In this document: positions 36,828-48,949 of the stretch, one piece after another
Numbering within the stretch: position 1 is the first letter of the stretch
Layout: the number at the start of each line of letters is the position of its first letter
Origin: Eutreptiella sp. 'Long Island Sound 2002'
Taxonomy: Eukaryota; Protista; Euglenida
Reading direction: 5' to 3'
NCBI GenBank assembly: GCA_964036045.1
Contig: OZ038378.1
Coordinates: forward strand, 15,810,001 to 15,874,000
DNA length: 64,000 nucleotides
Position numbers and translations under genes: made by a program
Notes under the pieces: generated by a model
What the model saw: only the letters and a program-made list of their open reading frames with translations
The model's database searches: none
Told to the model about the DNA's origin: nothing

Positions 36828-38829
36828 TACCCCTTCGGGGGGACTCCCCCGTCGTCCGCCCCCGCCGGCATCCCCTCCATCAGTTCCTTGATGGTGGGGC
36901 GGGGCGGCCGGTACGGCTCAATGCGGGTCATTGGCATGGTGTCGCTCTGTGGGCGATGTGGTGCACCTGTTTGCCGCTGTTCGCCCCCTGCGTCCCTCCC
37001 TCGGCGTGCGGCCGTGTCCCGCGTCCGCGCCTGCTTCTTCCCCTTTGTGCCTCTCGTGCCGCGCTCGCTGCGTGTGTCCCCTGTTCCCCTCTTCTCTACC
37101 CTTGCCCTGCCGCCCTTACCCCTCTCTCTCTGCCTCCCCCTCTCTCCTCTACCCACCACCTCACCGCGTCCCAACCCTTCGTCACACGGAGGGGCGTCGC
37201 TTGCCCATCTCCGTCAGGTTATTACCGTCTGCTATCACTGCCCGTGTTGTACACCCTCCCGAGTAGTCCACTCGCGGGTACCACCTATGCGGCCGATGCC
37301 CCTACCCTTCCCCCTGGAGTCGGGTTGTACCCGGAGGCCTCTCGCCCTGGCCCACCAATGTGGGTGTGCGTCGTGTGGCACGACTTCGCCATGTGGCCCA
37401 CGGAGCCTCCGGCTCAGCACATCCCAGGCCGGCCCGTGGCCGATCCCTCAGAGCGCCGCCCACCCGTAAGCCCAACGGCCCCTCCGCAGCACCACCACGC
37501 TGGCCTCCCGGCAGTGGGCAGTCCGCATCCCAGGGAGGTCAGCCCTACAGGGGCGCCTTTATGCAGTCTCTCGGCACCGATCGTGTGAACGCCGGCTGAA
37601 GCCAGCCAGGATCCCGGCGCCAGTGTGTCGGAACACCGGCTCGTCAGGCTGTTCGCCAACCCCTGCAAGGGGCGGGGTGCTGGCTCCGTTCTCCACCCGA
37701 CGGGTGCAGCGCCTCTACATCTCGTAGCGGGATTCTCGTGGAACACCGCACACATCGCCCGTCGTTCCACCCCGCCGCCAGCTTCGCATCCGTCGGATCC
37801 CCGTTGTGCGCCCGCCCTCCCTAGGGGCGTTGTGGCCAGGGCTGAGATGGCTGCCCCGGCGCTCCTTCTGGCGCCGTACCCGCCGCCTTTCCCCTCTTGG
37901 GTCGTTGTACGCCTCCTTTACTCCGGTCCCCGACGCGGACCCTGACTTCTCCACTGTCGCTCCACATGCCTCGCGTATCGCCTGGTGTCTGGCACTCAGA
38001 CTGGCTTGCACCGTTGGCCTTCGCCTTGCTGCCCGGCCGCGGTGCCCGCATCTGCCGTACCCCATCGTCACGGCCTCTGCTGCCGCTGATCCGGTGCCCG
38101 GCCCGTCGTCTAGGGGTCCATGCTCCCGACGTTCATCCCCTCGTCTCCCTCTGCCATGCTGGCCATCCTCCACTTCCGGCCTCTTCCCCGCCACCTCTTG
38201 GCCCACCGTGTCCCCGTGCCCGTCCCCTGCCCTATACTTCCCCTCCGCCCGTCCCCGACCACCTCCTTCCAGTGTCGACATCTCGAGCCCACCCAGCCCG
38301 CAGCCCGCACTCCACTCCCTTCTGCCTTCCCTGCACCCTCCGTGGGCCTGGCTCTGCATCCTGTCGCCCATGTGGACCCTCTCCTGGCCCGCCCTACGCC
38401 GCGCCATTGCCCCGCCCATGTCCCCCTCAGTACCACCCCTCCCTCTGCAACAGCTCCCTCAGCGTACGCACCCTAGGCTTTCTCCCCCGTTCCTTGGGAC
38501 ACTTCAGGTCCACCCCCGCGAGCGCCTCTCCCAGCATCCTCCTCCACCTGCCCTCCTCCATCTCCGGCCCCCGGTCCCGCGGCCTCCCCGCCCTGCGGAC
38601 CAGGTCGCAGAACGGGCGAGTCCCGCGCCTCTCCTGTCCCCCTCTCGTCCTCCCTGCCCACTTCACGTAGCGGACCAGCTCCGCCACGTCCCCCGCCCTC
38701 CACCCCCGGACTGTCCCCGGCACCCTCCGCGCCGGATGCCACGCATACCGCCGCGGCTGTGGTGACTCCGAACCCCAGTCTGTCGGTGTCGGTTCTGGGC
38801 TGGGGCTGGTGGGCTGCGCAACGGGGGAG
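36828..38829 (-). mobile_element. 2.0-kb GC-rich non-autonomous Helentron/Helitron2-like element, second full copy
   Basis: Perfect 9-bp asymmetric IR ctcccccgt (36844-36852) / acgggggag (38821-38829), hairpin at 36830-36840. Removing it restores hAT frame VNEPFSITLLLDLSDF. Confidence 0.6.
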
Positions 38830-39395
38830 AAAAGGCTCGTTGACTAGACTACAGGTCACCGCGCCGTAGCAGCGGTGTTGGTGGCTGCGGGTCCACGGGT
38901 TGTGTTGAATAGCTACAAACGGAGAGCCCCAAGCCCGTCGGATCTTCACGAACAGGCACCACATTTTACTCATTCTAAGGGACTTCTTCACATGCATCAT
39001 GCGGTTCACCGTTTTCTTTTGCAGCGGCACATAGGTGGGGCAGAGTTCACACCTCCAATTCTGGAATTTTGGATCGCCGAACATCTTGTCAAAGGGTCTG
39101 AGGGATTTGGCAAAGTGCTGTGCGGCACGATAATGGTGTGCAAAACAAGATTGAAAAGGTATTCTGCATAGTACATGCCTGTCATCAGACACGGAAATGG
39201 TCGTTGCATGTGCTGACACAATGGCCAACTCCAGGTAAACATTGTAATGGTGCTGCTTCAGGTGGGTGAACAGGGCGGTAGTGCTTCCTCCAGCTTGTTG
39301 GATGCGCTGTGAGCACGATTTGCAGGCGTACAAGTTTGGAATTCCAGTGGCCTACAGGTATTCGTAGACACATGACTTCTTTAGACACTTCTAGT
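38830..39395 (-). pseudogene. hAT transposase N-terminal part, copy 2
   Basis: Same motifs in one frame (ORF 38473-39333). First catalytic Asp appears as Asn (HNPWT). Confidence 0.9.
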
Positions 39396-40191
39396 CTTAG
39401 CTGGGTTCTGAGTGTGAGCCTCGTTGTTCCGGTTGTTGGTGATCCCCACGTTCTTCAAGCGCAAGCTGCTCCTTGCGTTGACTTGAAACAGACACGTGGT
39501 GGGCCTTGTCTTTGGCATATCGGCAAAATTGTGCCTCAGACATGGCGTAGGTTTTGTCCTCCCCTCCAGCCACTTAACCGAGAAATGCTCTTGGACAGGT
39601 GTATCTCCGCTTACAATTATAAAGCCGGTCCCACCACGTAACAGTGCAGGAGTAAAGCTTCGTCCTCTGTTCTTTCGAGCCTCCGTCCCACAAAGTGCTA
39701 GGCAGCTGCAACTGCACACCACGGTTGTGGTCCTTGCATAGGACGTGTGCAAAACTGTCCATAACTCCATCCATTTCTGCATGTCACATAAAAAAGAGTA
39801 ACCCGACAAGGAAAAGGGGAGCCAGACACAGAAGAGGAGCCAGACAAAGAAGAGGAGCTAGACAAAGAAGAGGATCCAGGGGCGAAGAAGAGCGAAACCG
39901 CTGAAGTGATCTGACCAGGTGAAGTAATGTGACAGTGGAATGCATTTGCAATGGACTTTGTTTACAATGATTAGTGAATTTCGTTTGCAATTGATTTTGT
40001 TCTACAATTATGTTTGCAAGGATCAGTGGATTTTGTCAACTTCCTAGTGCCATGTCAGGACATGACAAAGTAGTTGAAAACATTTTCTGTCAGTTAGCTA
40101 GTTGACGGTTGACTGGTTAAGATTTTCACTTATCTGAACCACTGTTAAATGGCATTTTTCACCATTCCAATGCAATGAACTGTCCCATACC

Positions 40192-40300
40192 AGGTGTCGC
40201 CTTTGAAAAACGGGTATCGTTTTTTGAAAAAAGGGTATTGTGTTTTGAAAAAAGGGTGTCGCTTCTTGAAAAAAGGGTGTCGCTTTTTGAAAAAAAGGGT
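40192..40300. repeat. 21-bp minisatellite, about 5 units (ggtgtcgctttttgaaaaaag)
   Basis: Directly visible; lies upstream of the hAT 5' region. Confidence 0.9.
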
Positions 40301-41039
40301 AGAACAAAGTTGTATCTTGTTTTTTTTCAACATGTTTTCACCAAGTGAGGTGCGAGCAAAGAGTACCATTTTTATGAAGCAAGTAACTCATCTAGGAAGA
40401 AGCAACATACATATGTAACCAGAACACATAGCAGGCAACCGTAACAGGCATTTTGTACGTTCTACCTTAGACTGTGCCGACAGGAGTCTTTGCATACCAT
40501 TGCCCCCACATAATGAAATGCTTCCTAGCGTTGATCAACGACGGTTTATCGAAGAGGAAAAAGGCATTTGCTGGATAGATAACATGGTGTAGCAGTAGTC
40601 TACAATATGGCCTGTTCGGGTAATGTGCGTTGCCCAGAAAGGGAGCATTTGCATTTCGCATGCATTGCGATGAGAAACGTGTAGCCCGAGTGGAATGTGT
40701 TTTCTTGTGAAAACGAACGTTACATCAAGCACATGGCATACGTTGAATAGCAATCTAGTTGGCTCAACTGATGGATAGCAGTCTACGTGGCACAACTTAT
40801 GGCCGATTTTCATGAGTTTCTGAATTCCAGCACTCTTAACGAACACGAATGCAACGAACGATCTTTTCCAACGAACGCGCCTGCGTGTTTATTTTTGCTA
40901 ATGTTCATTTTCCTCGTGAGCATATGTACCTCCTCCTTTATATGATATGCGAGAACTTGTTCCCATACTCTTCGAACTTCAGGTCTAGTAGATGTTCTAG
41001 TACTACTTGTTCAGGTGCAGGTGCAAGTCCATTGGAGCG

Positions 41040-43260
41040 AGGTTAACTTTCCGATATGCTTGCGCTAGAAGTTGCAGGCTCCCTGAAAGCTTCCCAGGCC
41101 TCTTCACTCCTTGCCTCGGGTTATCTTTGATGATCTTGGACTCCATTAGGGGCTGGTATTTGGAGGTTGATGGCGTCCACTAGCCACAGCCAACATCAAA
41201 CCCCAGGTACTCCATCGCCTTCTTCACAAACTCGCACTTCTCAGTCTTGATATGTAGGCTTTGTTGCTGACACACGGAAAAGAACCCCTGGAGGAGGATG
41301 TAGTGGCCTTCCTTGGTCTTGGTACCGAAGCATACATCCCTCATTGGGTTTTTGGAATGACGCATACATAAATGCAATGTAGCCCGATAAATGCAATCAC
41401 ATGATGGGCCTTTGCCAAAAACTTCGTAATGTCTAGGCCCTTCACCGGTGTAATAGCTGATTTTTGTGTGCGGATCTTGTATGTTTGCCATTATGGAGGA
41501 AGTGGCGTGGGTACGACAAAAAGGTGCAATGTGCAAGGTTTCGCACTGTAATCGACATAGCCACATAATTTTGGACAATAGCCATGTGATATCAAGTCAT
41601 CATCGCAGGCAGGGCATTGGTCTCCGAGAACCAAAACTTTCTTGTAGTCTCCACAACCAAGGTTCATAGTTGGCACTCCCCGGGGACCAAATGTTCCCCC
41701 ACACTGTCGGCCCCAACGGGTTGCCCCCTCTGTTGCATGTTGTACAAATAATGAGTTCAACAACATTATCTTGCGCAACCACGTTGCTTTCATAGCGTTG
41801 GCGCTTCCAACCCCTCACGTATGCTCAAATGCAGCGTGTCCACGGCAACTGTGACTTCTTGCTTTGCTCACGTCTGAGGGGTGTGCCATAAGAATAGTCC
41901 CCATGAACCGCCCATGCAAAGAGTTGTTGAACGCAGTGCAAGTGTGTAGATGTTGCGCTAGGGTATATGCTTTCATATTTTCGTGCGGAAGATAAGCTTT
42001 CAATTGTCCCTTCGCTGTTGTGTTATAGCACACACCAACTGTGCCAAGATGCGATGTTGCGAGTAGCCTTGGATGACAACATGCCTGTAGCTCTTCAAGC
42101 CCACGGTCAAGCCCTTGCACACCCGGTCCCGGAGCGCTTGGGCCCCAAACGCGGAGGGGAATGGGCCGATGACGACCCCGGGTGTGTCATAGTTTGCTTT
42201 GGCTATCATCGCGGTGACGAGCACTAGAGGGGCCTCCCGATTTGGGGGAAGGGTCACTTCGTGGTCTTCAACGTCAAGCCAGGGCGCATCCACCGGCTGA
42301 TATGGGTTGCCTCGCTTGATGCCCACCTGCACTGCGAGACTCAGGGGGAGTGGGGTGCCGCGCGGGACCCTGACGGGGCACTGGCACACTAGTTTCACAG
42401 CCCGGATGTTGGCACCGCCGGCCGCGGGGGTGGGGCAGAGCATGCATAGTCATACATCATAGCCTGGAGCCACCACCCCCGGCGGGTCTCCCCGTCCCAG
42501 GTGGGGGATTGGAGCTCCACCCTCTCCTCTATCACGTAATACATTGTGATTCCCAGCCCTTGCGGGTGCAGGGCCGGGGTCGCGTCTCATTCCAAGCTCC
42601 AGAGCGAGAAAGTGTGCACACTCGGGGTGAAGAGGACGAGCTAGAGTAGCTCGCACGTTCTTCGGGAGCTAGTTTAGCTTGCGTATTCTTTGGGTGTACG
42701 GAGCCAAAAGGGGGAGAGGCCATCGCTCTATCCGGAGTCAAGGGTAGGACTGGGTATAACATCTTGGCCCCCAGCCCTCACGCGGCGCCCTTACTTCGGT
42801 CATACACTTGCCGTGCAGGAAAGCAACGACATCCATGCCCCCGCACAGGCCGACCTTCTTCGGGGCACTATGAGGGCTACAGGGCGCATACATCATAGCA
42901 TAGATCGGAGCTCCGCCCTGCCCTCTATCACGTAGTACACCATGATTCCCGGCCCCTGGCGGGTGGAGGGCCGGGGTCCCGTCTCATTCCGAGCTGCATA
43001 GCGGGAACTTGGGGACACTCAGGGTGAAGTTGAGCAGCTAGAATAGCTCGCGTGTTCTTTGGGTGTACAGGGCCAAAAGGGGGACAGGCCGTCGCTCTCT
43101 GGCGAGTGAGGGCGAGGAGTGGGGATGTCACCTTAGCCCACCGCCCTCACACGGCGCCCTACCACCGACATGCGCTCGTTGTCCAGCAAAGCAACGACTT
43201 TCATGCTCCCTGGCATGGGTTGACTTTCTTCGCGACGCTATGAGGGCTACAAGGCGAGAT
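41040..43260 (-). mobile_element. Degenerate Ty3/Gypsy internal region, copy D (RT and upstream repeats)
   Basis: YVDYSA..PLP, EGHYILLQGFF..LHIKTEKCEFVKKAMEYLGFDVG, GACNF*RKHI; upstream part homologous to 24750-26400 and 27900-29800. Confidence 0.88.
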
Positions 43261-44339
43261 GCATGTTGCTCGCCGCTGTTTAGCGGGCCCGCAGGCCGGG
43301 TCACTGTTGGGACGGCCTTAGTAGTAGGCTCGAAATAGTCGTCTGCGGCGAAACTATGGGAAGGTCTGGATCTTCAACTAGCCCATTCGCCACCAGCTGT
43401 GTGTGCCCCTACCGACACATGATCGGCTGCTGCGGGTAGGTGAGATCACTCGTGGGCCTCGTACTTGTGCCACTCTAACCCAATCGAAGACGTCTAGGCT
43501 CTACTAATCGTTCCCACCGGGTTGCGGTTCCGTGAAGTACAAGTCCTTGATTCGCCACCGCGGAAATTTTAGGTGTCAAGTCCTAATTTTGGGCTTGTAA
43601 TGTCAGGAGGGCATGGACGTGTGTGGCATGTGCCGTTCGATGATCTGGGGCGTTAGGGGTGCCCACCTCATTACTTTTTGGTGCAGGGGATGTGTCACTT
43701 TGTTCGTGATTGGCGAGAGTCCGTCATTCGCATGGCAAAGTTGCAGCATAGAGTGACGCAACGCCACCGGGGAGGAGATTTTCGACTTAATTGGTTCCGC
43801 ACTTCCCCAATAGCTTGTGATCTCCTGAACAACGGCAACGCCATTTCACGGGCGATCCAAGCAGGGTAGCTAATGAAGTGTGGAGCCGTGCGGCATCAGT
43901 TCTTGGCGCTAGATTATCCTCCACATCTGCATCATGAACCACACCATGGTTCCCCACGTGTACCTAGGGAGCCGGGGGCGATTGTGTCGATTGTGAGCAT
44001 GCACCGCACCATTTTGAGGCACGGAGAATTTTACCTTGCTCTCAAACCGACACCACATCGATAAAGGATTCGTAATATAGCGATGTGTCCAACTGTTTGA
44101 GGGCACAATTATAATTCGTAGACTCATAACACGCGATGGATTCCCAGTGCATCATAAATAAACACGCCGACGTGTCACGGCTTCCGTATTGAGCTATTTG
44201 CTCCATCGATCTTGGGGCGCGGCTTGGAACTCTGGGTCCATGGTTGTTGCCGTAACTCAGCTAGGGGGGTACTCCCCCTTCACCTTCCCATGATCACCTA
44301 TCACCCCTTCTATTTGGGGGGCAATAGACTCCAGCTTCA

Positions 44340-46460
44340 CACCTCCCGTATGTTGCTCAAGGAAGGGCATCATGCTTGCCGCCAATCCTAAGGAGCCCAC
44401 ACCCCGTGCTTGCTCATCTTTACTTTTCTTAAAGATTTGGACAACTCCTAGTTCTTGCTACGTTGCGGGTGCCCAATTGCATGACTGCACCTTGCAGCTG
44501 AAAGGGTTCCCCTCATATTCAAACCCACCAAGAAGGAATCACCTGCAGCGCATAGTCATGACGTCGTGTTCTCCCTTTTGTGCTATCCCCCAGTAATACA
44601 ATTTGCAGGAATGATGACTTTGACAAGGCGATTCACCTTCTTTTTGCCCATGGATGCGCTGGAATAAAGGCATTGCGGTGTTTTGCATCTCAGGTGTGCG
44701 TGGCGTGCAGTGCACCAATGATTTTGCGTCTAGGTGCAATACACGCTGCACAGGGGTGTCCTGCAACAGTTCTTTTTGGTGCTTTTTTTGTGGTGTTTGC
44801 CTTAGGTGCGAGTTTCTAGAACAAGAGCCGCCAGACACGGGGCTTGTTGTTTGCTAGGGCGTTTTGGATATATTTTTACGTATATGTGTGTGCGGTGTGC
44901 CGGCCGATTGGCTACTTTGGTGATGGCAATGCTTTGCATATGGGCGGCCATGGATGGCAATTCTTCAGTGTGGTTGCAGACCACCTGGTACACCATTGCG
45001 TGGACGAGCCTGCGCCAAGCGGCTTCAAGTTCTTGGGCTGGTTGCAAGGGAACTCTGCCGTGCTACACCCCCACGCCATATAGTGCGACCCCCTTGAGTG
45101 CTCTGTGATCGTACGCACGGGGTGCAGTTTGTGAGTTTGTCTAGGTTGGTGTATAGTGGGCAATGCTCGAAGTGCTCCCACATCTTGTCCTATCTGTGCT
45201 TGCGCATGTGATGGGTGCAGATTTCGCGCATGTGTATGCCTCGGCGTGTGCACAATATGTTTTATGTGGTGAGCCAGGGTGGTTGTGTGAGGGCCACATG
45301 TAGCCCGGGTCTTTGTCAGCGTGCTATAGCTCATGGAAGCGCGCATGGTATCCTCCGGCTGCTGCATGACCTTGATGCCTAAAGGCTTTCCCAGTACCGA
45401 GGCCAAGTGTTGGGGTGGGGTCGTGGGCTGTTCATCTATCTTTATGTATGGCCTTTCCTTTGGTACCTAAGCTAGGACTTTTGTGAGTGTGGGTGAGGGG
45501 GTATATGAGGGATATGGGTGTAGTGAGTGGTGTTAATTTCTTGTGTTTGTCGCTCACGGTCGTGGCCGGTGACTCGGTGTTTGGTGTCTCTATCCACCTA
45601 TCCATTGCCATAGCAGTTCTAGCAGTTGTAGCACAAGTCACAATTGTTGATGTGGTCGGAGGTAGCTAAGGGCCATCCATATCCCCGGTGCTTGCGTGGT
45701 GAGGCGTTATTCGATGGCCTTGTGCATTAGGGGTTCCTCTAGGCGTCGTGTGGTGTGCATGCTGATTGGTGTGTCCAAGTGTTGCGCGGTGTTGGTGTTT
45801 GCGGTGGTGGTGTGGTGCGGGCGGCGATCCCTAGGGTGCATAGCTCCTCGTGTCATGACCCTTGCAATATTATATTGCGTGGCTGGTGTCATGCTTGCAT
45901 GGTCCGCCGCACATGTCGGGCCTGCTCTGGGGGGACAATGTTGGAACGGGAACCAAGGTGTGCGTGTTGTGGGGATCGGGGGGTCTGGTGCATGAGGTCC
46001 GCAGAGCTATTAGTGCTGCCAGCCGTTTGGTTTGTGATGGTCGTCATGGTGAACATGCGTGATTTTCGCTGCCGTGAAGTTGTGCTGAGGCACCGTCCCA
46101 CGTTTGAGGTTGTGGTGAGGCTTTGCCACGGCAGTTGGTGGGGCCCATCCCGTGGTTTAAGGGGTGGGGCCGTCGGGTATCGTGTTGCCGGTGTTGGCCC
46201 GCTCATGCCACCTGGAGTGGCGAGCGCAGGTGCTGTCCGTTGAAGGATTTTTGCGCCACAGTCTTCCCGAGTACCCCAATTATGCCCATGCTTGCAGCCA
46301 CAGCACATGTGCACACGTAGTGTTGGAACATGCTTTGCCGTGACCATTTGGGGTAACGGAGAAAGGGAGCATGGTGTGCCCAACAGATGGCCAGAGTGTT
46401 CACTCGCGGTGGTGGCATGTGCATTGTGGTGCCGGTAACTTCTACCAACGGCAATATGTC
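44340..46460 (-). mobile_element. Degenerate LINE-like fragment (possible endonuclease-linker-RT start)
   Basis: IALSKSSFLQIVLLGDSTK resembles the RT RPIxLL..K motif; helical linker QELEAAWRRLVHAM. Heavily disrupted. Confidence 0.3.
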
Positions 46461-46519
46461 CACAATGCCCGCTTCATCTATTTAAGTCTTTGTGGGTGCC
46501 TAGAGTGGAACCGCATTCA

Positions 46520-47700
46520 TCATAGCAAGGGTTTGTGAGAATGGCGTAGTTGGCCTCGTGCTCTCACCGGCATGTTTGTTGTCTATGTTGCGGTTGTTTG
46601 TGCCAATATGCTTCTTTGTGCGCGTGCATTGCCTCGCATTGTAGCACATGCCAGCATATCACAAAGCCACCGTCTCTGCCAATCCTGCCTAGGACGTTCA
46701 AATTCTTGTCCACCCGAAGCTAGACCAACGTGCCGTTGACCATGATGGGCGGCAGGCACTCCGACATGGGGCACGTAGTGCAAAAAGTTTGAAGGGTGCA
46801 TGGCACCACACGGCACAAAAACACAACACAAAAAGAAAAGCAACATGTGGACATGGAAACCATGCCTACAAAGATGACGACGAAAAAGAAACACGCATTG
46901 ACACCCACTCCCTTATATACACATGAGAGGCCGCGCGCACATGGTGCCTATGTGCGCCCCCGAGCGCACATGGGCACTTATCAGCTTGCACACCCTTCCC
47001 CACTACCCACTCTTAATTTTCTTTGAAGATTGTGGAAGGTAGTGGAAGAACCTTTTGCGCTTTGTCGAACTACACTCGGTACATCCTTGATGGGTTGTAG
47101 TGCACTGTTCAATCACACAACTTTTTCATCGAAGCAGCAGGGGAGCAATTACCGGGTGTACCAAACTTACAAGAAGCGAAAATGCACACCACCCGGCACC
47201 CAGGCAATGCTTCATGTATGCCGCAGGTGGTGCGCATTGCAGCGCTTCGCTTTGGCAACCAGGAGACTGCATCTCCTTGAGCGCGGGTTAGTGTCCTTAC
47301 AATAATACACCTTGTGCCGAGAACTAAGTAATAGCATCACGTTTCTTGTGGCAAAGGATAATCAGACAACACCAATGCACAACTACATGCCTTTTCCATG
47401 CAATCCAAGATTTGTAGGCAAACAAAATGACGAGTGCTACCAGTGCACCTCGCCAATACAATGTGTATATATTTTTTCTTGGCGCCGATGGCAAGGATAT
47501 CTGCTAAGAGAGCCGATAGTGCACCATACATAACACCATTGGATATTGTGGGCGCGAAGCTAGGGCAAGTTTGACGTGCGGTGAACTATTGATTGTTGAG
47601 TCTTGCCTACTACCCTTGGTCTCGAGTCCGGAGACTTCATACCAATAGGCTATGGTCAGACAGTCCAATCCCACATCATCCTTAGCATATGTATGCCTTG
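46520..47700 (-). repeat. Diverged paralogue of 48080-49150 (3' part of the Transib-like remnant and its flank)
   Basis: Shared FATRNxMxLLSSxHKVYY and KHCLGAxWCAF; DNA blocks 46555-46700/48080-48230 and 47180-47360/48830-48990. Confidence 0.7.
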
Positions 47701-48949
47701 CGACAAAAAACATATACATCAAGGCAATGAAAGAAAATTGATAAGTGATGTTGTGATGCTTCCATAGTCTACGCGGTTCAACCCCCCTTCATCCTTCACA
47801 TATGTGTGCATTGTGACAAAAAAGTATTTCTGGATGCTCACAAGGTTTTGAGGCTATTCATCAATTGCAGAATTGAATTTTTGCTTTGCTGTCACAAGCG
47901 CATCATCGAGGTGCCTTGGTAATGCTTTATTTGATTTGGCAAGGGGACTCTCGTATGCGCACCTTGCTTTCATGTTGCTGCTTCATGGGAATGTGGCCTA
48001 CAAGGGTACTAGAATTGACGTGCCATAGACACGGGAACTCTTCGTCAACTCGAAGTAAGCCAGCAACAACCTCCTTGCATGGCCTCGTGCCATCGTTGGC
48101 ATGCTAGTTCTCTATGCCTGCGCCTGTTTGTGCCAATGGGCTTGTTTGTCCGAATGCATCGCTTCGCATTGCATCACATGCTGGCATACCACAAAGCAAG
48201 TGATCTTTGCCAATCGTCCTTGGGAGGTTCCACATCTTGTCCTCCCGAGTGTAGACCACCTTGCCGTCGACCGTGCTCGGCGGGCGGCACTGTGACTTGG
48301 GGCACCTAGATAGAACGTTTGAAGGGGTGCATGGCACCACACAACACATCACAACACACATGGGAAAATAACACTTGAAAGCGGCGACACGGACACCATG
48401 CATGCAAAGAGGGCGGCAAGCAAATACACGCTTTGGCACGCACCGACTATTATACACATGAGAGCCTGCGCGCCCCCACACACATACGCGCACCTATACG
48501 TATGCACACACTTAAACGCTAACCTCTGTTGCTTGCTTCCAAAATGGATATTCTTGAATTCCTGTTTGAGCCTTGTCCAACCACACTGGGTTCATACATG
48601 ATGGATTCGCCTGCACTCTTCAATAGGCTAAATTGTACATCGCAGAGAGGGGGAGCATCTGCAGGACCCATTGGGGCGGATTTCCTTGGCGTCCACACAC
48701 AAGATTCTCTAATTGGCCATCTGGAGAGCACGCCGTAGCAACTTACACCGAGCGGTTGAAGGGGATATCATGAAAGCGCAAGTCACCTTGAGCTTTAGCC
48801 GACCCAATGCATGGCAGTCACCTAGAAATGAAAAGGCACACCACCGGGCACCCAGGCAATGCTTTATGTTTGGCGAAGTCTTGGTGCCCATTGGAGTGCT
48901 TCTCCTTGAGGGTTGGTGAGCTTCCTAAGAATAATAGACCTTGTGCAGG

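Noticed and set aside
31962-38765. 220-319 aa Pro/Arg-rich overlapping ORFs on both strands
   Set aside because: Expected from stop-poor GC-rich DNA inside the 2-kb insert; several frames are open at once.
36828-38829. Euglenid non-conventional intron in the hAT gene
   Set aside because: Splicing at the CAG/CTG positions expected for such introns gives an out-of-frame product, and terminal pairing is only about 4 bp; the T|T insertion model restores the frame.
23140-43700. LTR pairs for the Gypsy copies
   Set aside because: No TG...CA direct repeats, PBS or TSD could be identified; all copies are truncated by other insertions.
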